Source: Phycisphaerae bacterium
GTDB lineage: Bacteria > Planctomycetota > Phycisphaerae > JAAYCJ01
Assembly (NCBI GenBank): GCA_012729815.1
Contig: JAAYCJ010000014.1
Location: 1,043-65,042, forward strand
Direction of reading: 5' to 3'
DNA: 64,000 bases
Shown: piece after piece, positions 59,492 through 64,000 of the stretch
Layout of the letters: each line of letters begins with the position of its first letter
Numbering within the stretch: the first letter of the stretch is position 1
Notes under the pieces: model-generated
The model's input: the letters and a program-made list of their open reading frames with translations, nothing else
Database searches by the model: none
Told to the model about the DNA's origin: nothing
Made by a program: the position numbers and the translations under genes

Positions 59492-61798
59492 ATGACGGAC
59501 TTTCACTGGATCGACGCAACGTCGGAGCTTGCGATCATCGACCCCAAGCACCCCACCTACCTGCCGCTCTGCGGCAACCGGTGTTGGGCACTCGTTCCCA
59601 CGAGCCTCGATGGCTACGCCTACCTGGTGAACCTCCAGATCTGGATGCGGATCCTCAAGCGGTTCGGGCTCTACCTGGACGCGGGCGGCCGGCGCGGAAG
59701 TCTGCCGGAGGCGCTCGACGATCTGGAGACCTTCTACGGGGCCAACGTCCTTCGCCTGACCGGGCGAACCAATGGCCTGGCCGTCGAGATCAAGGTCTAT
59801 CCCGACGCCGAGGCACCGCTACTCTACCTGACCCTTGAAGCGGCCAACCACACCGGTCAGGAGCGATCGCTGGCTGCGGTCCTGGCCGCGGATTTCGAGT
59901 TCCATCCCGCCCCGTGGGCGGCCAAGGGGTTCACCGAAGACGCCACCAACGACTATTCGGACGCCGGCCGTAAGCTCAATCCGCCGCACGACGACCGCCT
60001 CGACGTCTCGGATGACGGAGCCGTCGTCTGCGTCTCGGATTCGCGAAATCCCGGCCTTGGCTTTCTTGCCGGACCGACGCCCGCCGGTTGGACCCTGGAC
60101 CGGACGAAGTTCAGCTTCGAAACCCCGATCGGCGGTCATCGGCCGCTCCGCGCAGCGGACATGGACAAGAGCTTCGAACTCACCGGCGAGACGCACAGCG
60201 ACGACAGCTTCTGTGCCCTGCGCCATGAGCTGCGGATACCAGCCGGGAGCAAAGCGCGATTGACGTTCGCCTTCGGTCATCAGGAGCAGCGCGACCTCCC
60301 AGCGATCCGGCAAACCCTCGCCGACGCGGACGGAGCGCTCGAACGAACGTCGCGATTCTACGGCGAGTCGCTGGCCAACGGCGTCAAACTCACCACGCCC
60401 GACCCGGTGATCAACGCCCAGTTCAACCTCAACAACGTCTTCATCAAACTCAACGAACACCACTGCGGCGCCAAACGCAGCTTTGTGCCCGCTCCCCATT
60501 ACCACAACTGGCTCTGCGGGGATATGTTCTTCACCGCCATGGGCTACGCCTACGCCAATGACATCGCCGCGTTCCGCGAGGGCATGGACATGTTCCGCCG
60601 ATTCCAGCACGCCGACGGGTTCATCCCCGACCTGCCGCTCTGGACCGAGGGGCCGTCCTGGCGGGAACGACCGGGCCTGGCCATCGGCGGATGCTTCTGC
60701 TACATCACAGCCTACTGCCATCTGCTCAAGCTCACGCAGGACAAGAGCCTGGCCGCCGAGCTGTTCCCCTCGTTCCAGCAGGCACTGAGCGTCTACCGGG
60801 ATCTCGTGCGAGAAGGGCTCGTGGTGCCCGACGGCGATTTCGTCTTCGACTCCCTCGACTGGCCGTGCGGCTTTGGCCACTGCCCGCAGACCTTCATGTC
60901 GCTTCTCGTCTACAAGGCGCTGCTCGACCTGGCCGAGTTGGCCGAATGGCTCGGAAAGGCCGACTGCGCAGCCGAACTGCGGGCCGAAGGCGAGCAGCTC
61001 AAACATGCGATCAACGAGAAGGCGTGGATCGAGGAGCAGGGCCACTATCGAATCGGCTTGGCCACCGAACCGGTCGGCAAGGGCGAGGACGACCGCCAGC
61101 GCTTCACGCAAAAGACGATCTCCTGGAGTACGCTCATGGCGGTGGTCTGGGGCGTGGCCGAGGGGGCGCGAGGCGAAACGGCGCTGAAGACCGTGCGCCA
61201 GCGGCTCCTGACCCCTTACGGCATGAAATTCGCCGATCCGCCGTGGGAACCGGTCTATACCGACGCCAAGGGCGCAGCTACCTACGAGGCCGGCCGGGTC
61301 CAGAACGGAGGATACTGGCAGGCGTGGTGGTCCATCCCCACCTTCGCGGGCGCCCAGATCCTGCTCGGGCAGACCGAGCAGGCCTTCGCCGACTTTCTCG
61401 AAGTCCGCCTCGATCGACTCTACGAACGCTTCACGCTGAGCGAGAAGGGACGCACCTGCCGCTTCCTGACGATCGGCGAGTGGATCGACACGGACCTGAC
61501 CTTCCCGATCACCTCCGTGCCCTACGCGGTGACCTGCGGGCTGCACAACCAGACGCTGATCGAATCCTTCGTGGGCGTCCAGGTCGGCTACGACAGCCTC
61601 ACCATCGACCCGCACCTGCCCGCGGCGTGGGACCGGGTCGACCTGAAGAACCTGCGGGTAGGCGACTCGACCTGGAACATCGAGATTCGCGGGCGCGGCC
61701 GCCTCGCCAGGGTCACCGTCGACGGATCGCAACGGCCGTCCAACCGCATCCCGATCACGCCCGGCGAACACGCGGTGCGGGTGGACCTGGAGCCGTGA
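59492..61798 (+). CDS. Six-hairpin glycosidase/phosphorylase-like protein (GH94/GH78-like architecture)
   Basis: N-terminal beta-sandwich, 'LTTPDPVINA', 'DSLDW', 'LLTPYG', 'GRVQNGGYW' and 'LTIDPHLPAAW'. No signal peptide. Confidence 0.7.
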   Translation: MTDFHWIDATSELAIIDPKHPTYLPLCGNRCWALVPTSLDGYAYLVNLQIWMRILKRFGLYLDAGGRRGSLPEALDDLETFYGANVLRLTGRTNGLAVEIKVYPDAEAPLLYLTLEAANHTGQERSLAAVLAADFEFHPAPWAAKGFTEDATNDYSDAGRKLNPPHDDRLDVSDDGAVVCVSDSRNPGLGFLAGPTPAGWTLDRTKFSFETPIGGHRPLRAADMDKSFELTGETHSDDSFCALRHELRIPAGSKARLTFAFGHQEQRDLPAIRQTLADADGALERTSRFYGESLANGVKLTTPDPVINAQFNLNNVFIKLNEHHCGAKRSFVPAPHYHNWLCGDMFFTAMGYAYANDIAAFREGMDMFRRFQHADGFIPDLPLWTEGPSWRERPGLAIGGCFCYITAYCHLLKLTQDKSLAAELFPSFQQALSVYRDLVREGLVVPDGDFVFDSLDWPCGFGHCPQTFMSLLVYKALLDLAELAEWLGKADCAAELRAEGEQLKHAINEKAWIEEQGHYRIGLATEPVGKGEDDRQRFTQKTISWSTLMAVVWGVAEGARGETALKTVRQRLLTPYGMKFADPPWEPVYTDAKGAATYEAGRVQNGGYWQAWWSIPTFAGAQILLGQTEQAFADFLEVRLDRLYERFTLSEKGRTCRFLTIGEWIDTDLTFPITSVPYAVTCGLHNQTLIESFVGVQVGYDSLTIDPHLPAAWDRVDLKNLRVGDSTWNIEIRGRGRLARVTVDGSQRPSNRIPITPGEHAVRVDLEP

Positions 61799-61959
61799 TC
61801 GGTCCGGGTCTGGTCGGTGTGGGCTATGCAGTTTTCAAACATCCGCAGCGGGAAAAGTCCCACTGCATGATAAAGATACCACAACAATTCGGGGGCGAAA
61901 AAACGGCCCTCCAAGACCGGCAATAGAAACGGCGCAGGAATCCCTGCAGAAATTGCAGG

Positions 61960-62667
61960 TCAATCCTCGGGGTTTCGCGTCATCTGTCCCGGCTGCCAGT
62001 CAACAAACCACCTGGCGTGGCCGTCGCCGAACAGGATATCGTGCCCGTCGCGGTGGGGGCCCTTGGCCGCTGCGTTCTGATAATACCACAGCGCGCCCCG
62101 GCCGTTGGGGTCCCAATCGGCTCCGCCCCATTCGTCCGATGGGTCGATGTCCCTGTACATGCCGTTGCCGGAGGTGGTCTTGATCGGCTGATCGTTGAGC
62201 AACACGAAACGGTCGGTGTAGAGCACCTGGTCCGGCCGCAACACGTTCCGCTCGCCGCCCATGTACGCCACCCCGTCGTTGCCCGCCAGCCAGTTATAGC
62301 AGTAGCTGATATCGCAGTCCAGCCGCACCAGCACCGGACAGTCGTAGACCTCCTTGATGTGGTGGTAGGGCAGCAGGGCGACCGCAAAGCCCAAATCGTC
62401 CCGCAGGGCCATGTTCGGATCGTGCAGGTACTCATCCCAACTCGTCTGCTTGCCCGTCACCGAGATCGGATAAACAACCCACTTCTCAGCGTACATGCCC
62501 AACGCCAGCCCGATCTGCCGCAGATTGCTCAGGCACGCCGATTGCCCCGCGCTCGCCCGGGCCTCGCTCAACGCCGGCAGCAGCAAGGCGGCCAGAATGG
62601 CGATGATCGCCACCACCACGAGAAGTTCAATCAGGGTGAAACCCATTTGCCGACTGATGGTCGTCAC
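61960..62667 (-). CDS. Prepilin-type N-terminal cleavage protein (DUF1559-like, H-X9-DG)
   Basis: G|[33 protein letters not shown] and [16 protein letters not shown] start with RBS GGAGG. Confidence 0.92.
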   Translation of the reverse strand: MTTISRQMGFTLIELLVVVAIIAILAALLLPALSEARASAGQSACLSNLRQIGLALGMYAEKWVVYPISVTGKQTSWDEYLHDPNMALRDDLGFAVALLPYHHIKEVYDCPVLVRLDCDISYCYNWLAGNDGVAYMGGERNVLRPDQVLYTDRFVLLNDQPIKTTSGNGMYRDIDPSDEWGGADWDPNGRGALWYYQNAAAKGPHRDGHDILFGDGHARWFVDWQPGQMTRNPED

Positions 62668-62755
62668 GTTCTTGCCTCCCGACGCATCCTTGGCTATCCT
62701 CTCTTACCATCGATACCGTAACGGATTTCGCGAATATTCGAACAGGATGGTCTCG

Positions 62756-63526
62756 ATGCGGATCGAACGGATGACGCACGCCGGATTAGATGGCTTTCCG
62801 GAGGTCCTGCGGGTTGATTACCGCAGCCCGAAGGACGGGTACGCCGACTGGACCCTCGTCCGACCGTCCGAGCGGGCCGAGCTGTGGGTCGTCTGCCTCC
62901 ACGGCCATGGGTCGCACGGCGATCAGCTCTACACCCGGCCCGACATCCGCGACTGGTGGCTAAGCCGGTTTCTCCAACACCGTGTCGGCATCCTCACCCC
63001 CAACCTCCGCGACAACGCCTGGATGGGCCCAGCCGCCGCTGCCGATCTGCACGAACTGCTGGCCTGGACCCGCAACCAGTATCGCGTCAAACGGTTCCTC
63101 TTCTTCAGCGGCTCGATGGGCGGAACCGGCAACCTGATCTACGCCGTCCTGCATCCCGACGACGTGGCCGCAGCGGTTGCATTGGGCGCAGCGTCCGACC
63201 CGGCTTCGTACCGCCGGTGGTGCCGAACCCAGCAGGGCGGCGTCGTTCACGAGATCGCCGACGCCATCGAAGAATCCTACGGCGACCACGCCGACCTCTA
63301 CCACCGCCATTCGCCGCTCAAGCACGCCTCAAAACTGACCATGCCCGTCTACCTGGCCCACGGCGCCGATGACGCGATCATCCCCGTCGATCAGTCCCAG
63401 CGTCTGGCCAACGCGATGGCCGGACGCCCCAACTTCATCTACCGCGAAATCCCTAGCGGCGATCACGACTCGCCCCTGGCCGACGGCGATGCCTTCGACT
63501 GGGCGATAGCGCGGCTGGAGGCCTGA
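62756..63526 (+). CDS. Alpha/beta hydrolase (S9-like esterase/peptidase)
   Basis: LHGHG, nucleophile GSMGG, HGADD and GDH. The start could be 62747. Confidence 0.85.
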   Translation: MRIERMTHAGLDGFPEVLRVDYRSPKDGYADWTLVRPSERAELWVVCLHGHGSHGDQLYTRPDIRDWWLSRFLQHRVGILTPNLRDNAWMGPAAAADLHELLAWTRNQYRVKRFLFFSGSMGGTGNLIYAVLHPDDVAAAVALGAASDPASYRRWCRTQQGGVVHEIADAIEESYGDHADLYHRHSPLKHASKLTMPVYLAHGADDAIIPVDQSQRLANAMAGRPNFIYREIPSGDHDSPLADGDAFDWAIARLEA

Positions 63527-63538
63527 GCCGCTTCGCCG

Positions 63539-64000
63539 TCAGCGCCGATAAATCCGCCCGACAAACGTCTCCGCCCGCTCCATCGGAATCCGCACCCGGC
63601 CCTCTCGCGAACCGTACGTCTTGTCGCTGAAAAGGTCCGTGACCCGAAACTCAGCCGGAAGGCTGATCGTCTTCTCGCCGGTGGTCTTGGCGTGGATGCC
63701 CACAAAATCGCCGTTGGTGTACAGGCAATCGTCGGTATCGAGAACGGGCCTGATCCCCGCCCACCCGAGGATGCCGCGAAGAACCGGGTCGGGCAGCATC
63801 GGCCCGCACACCACCACGCTCTTCCAGTCGCCAAAGTCCCCCGCCGCCATCGCCGCTTGGCCGGTAGGGCGGTTGACCCCAAGAATCGTCGCCCGCGGAT
63901 CGGTCATGCGAAACTGCGGACAAACCCGCGCCAGATCGCCCTGCGTTCCCGGATCGTCCTGAACCGTCGTCCCGAAATCGCCCAGATCCACGCCGCGCAG
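63539..64000 (-). CDS. C-terminal part of a probable beta-galactosidase-like (GH42-type) protein (5' partial)
   Basis: Frame is open to the window end. Tail 'LRGILGWAGI...LYTNGDFVGIHAKTTGEKTISLP...VTDLFS' resembles such enzymes. Confidence 0.5.
   Translation of the reverse strand: MRGVDLGDFGTTVQDDPGTQGDLARVCPQFRMTDPRATILGVNRPTGQAAMAAGDFGDWKSVVVCGPMLPDPVLRGILGWAGIRPVLDTDDCLYTNGDFVGIHAKTTGEKTISLPAEFRVTDLFSDKTYGSREGRVRIPMERAETFVGRIYRR

Overview
GC-rich bacterial chromosomal segment, most likely from a planctomycete of class Phycisphaerae. This is inferred from DUF1559-type prepilin genes, a PEP-CTERM protein, DPN/TTQP peptide motifs and LPS genes. It carries housekeeping genes (lpxD, rnpB, polA, parB, cyclophilin, hldE-like, wecA-like), a MoxR-DUF58-transglutaminase operon, two tandem B-repeat surface proteins and a CheB/CheR plus histidine kinase pair. 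From about 48 kb there is a carbohydrate-utilisation region built from repeated LacI / prepilin-like protein / glycoside hydrolase modules. The most notable unexplained structures are: (1) a ~3 kb insert bounded by a diverged 131-bp duplication of the polA 3' end, with no integrase; (2) a decayed radical SAM/SPASM gene enclosed by nested composite repeats (GTRG-REP hairpin, heptamer arrays, 33-bp inverted repeats); (3) the pilin-coupled, PUL-like sugar loci; (4) a cyclophilin mounted on a B-repeat stalk next to a matching B-repeat surface protein. No CRISPR array, rRNA, tRNA or intact transposase/integrase was recognised. All calls come from reading motifs by eye; no database searches were run.
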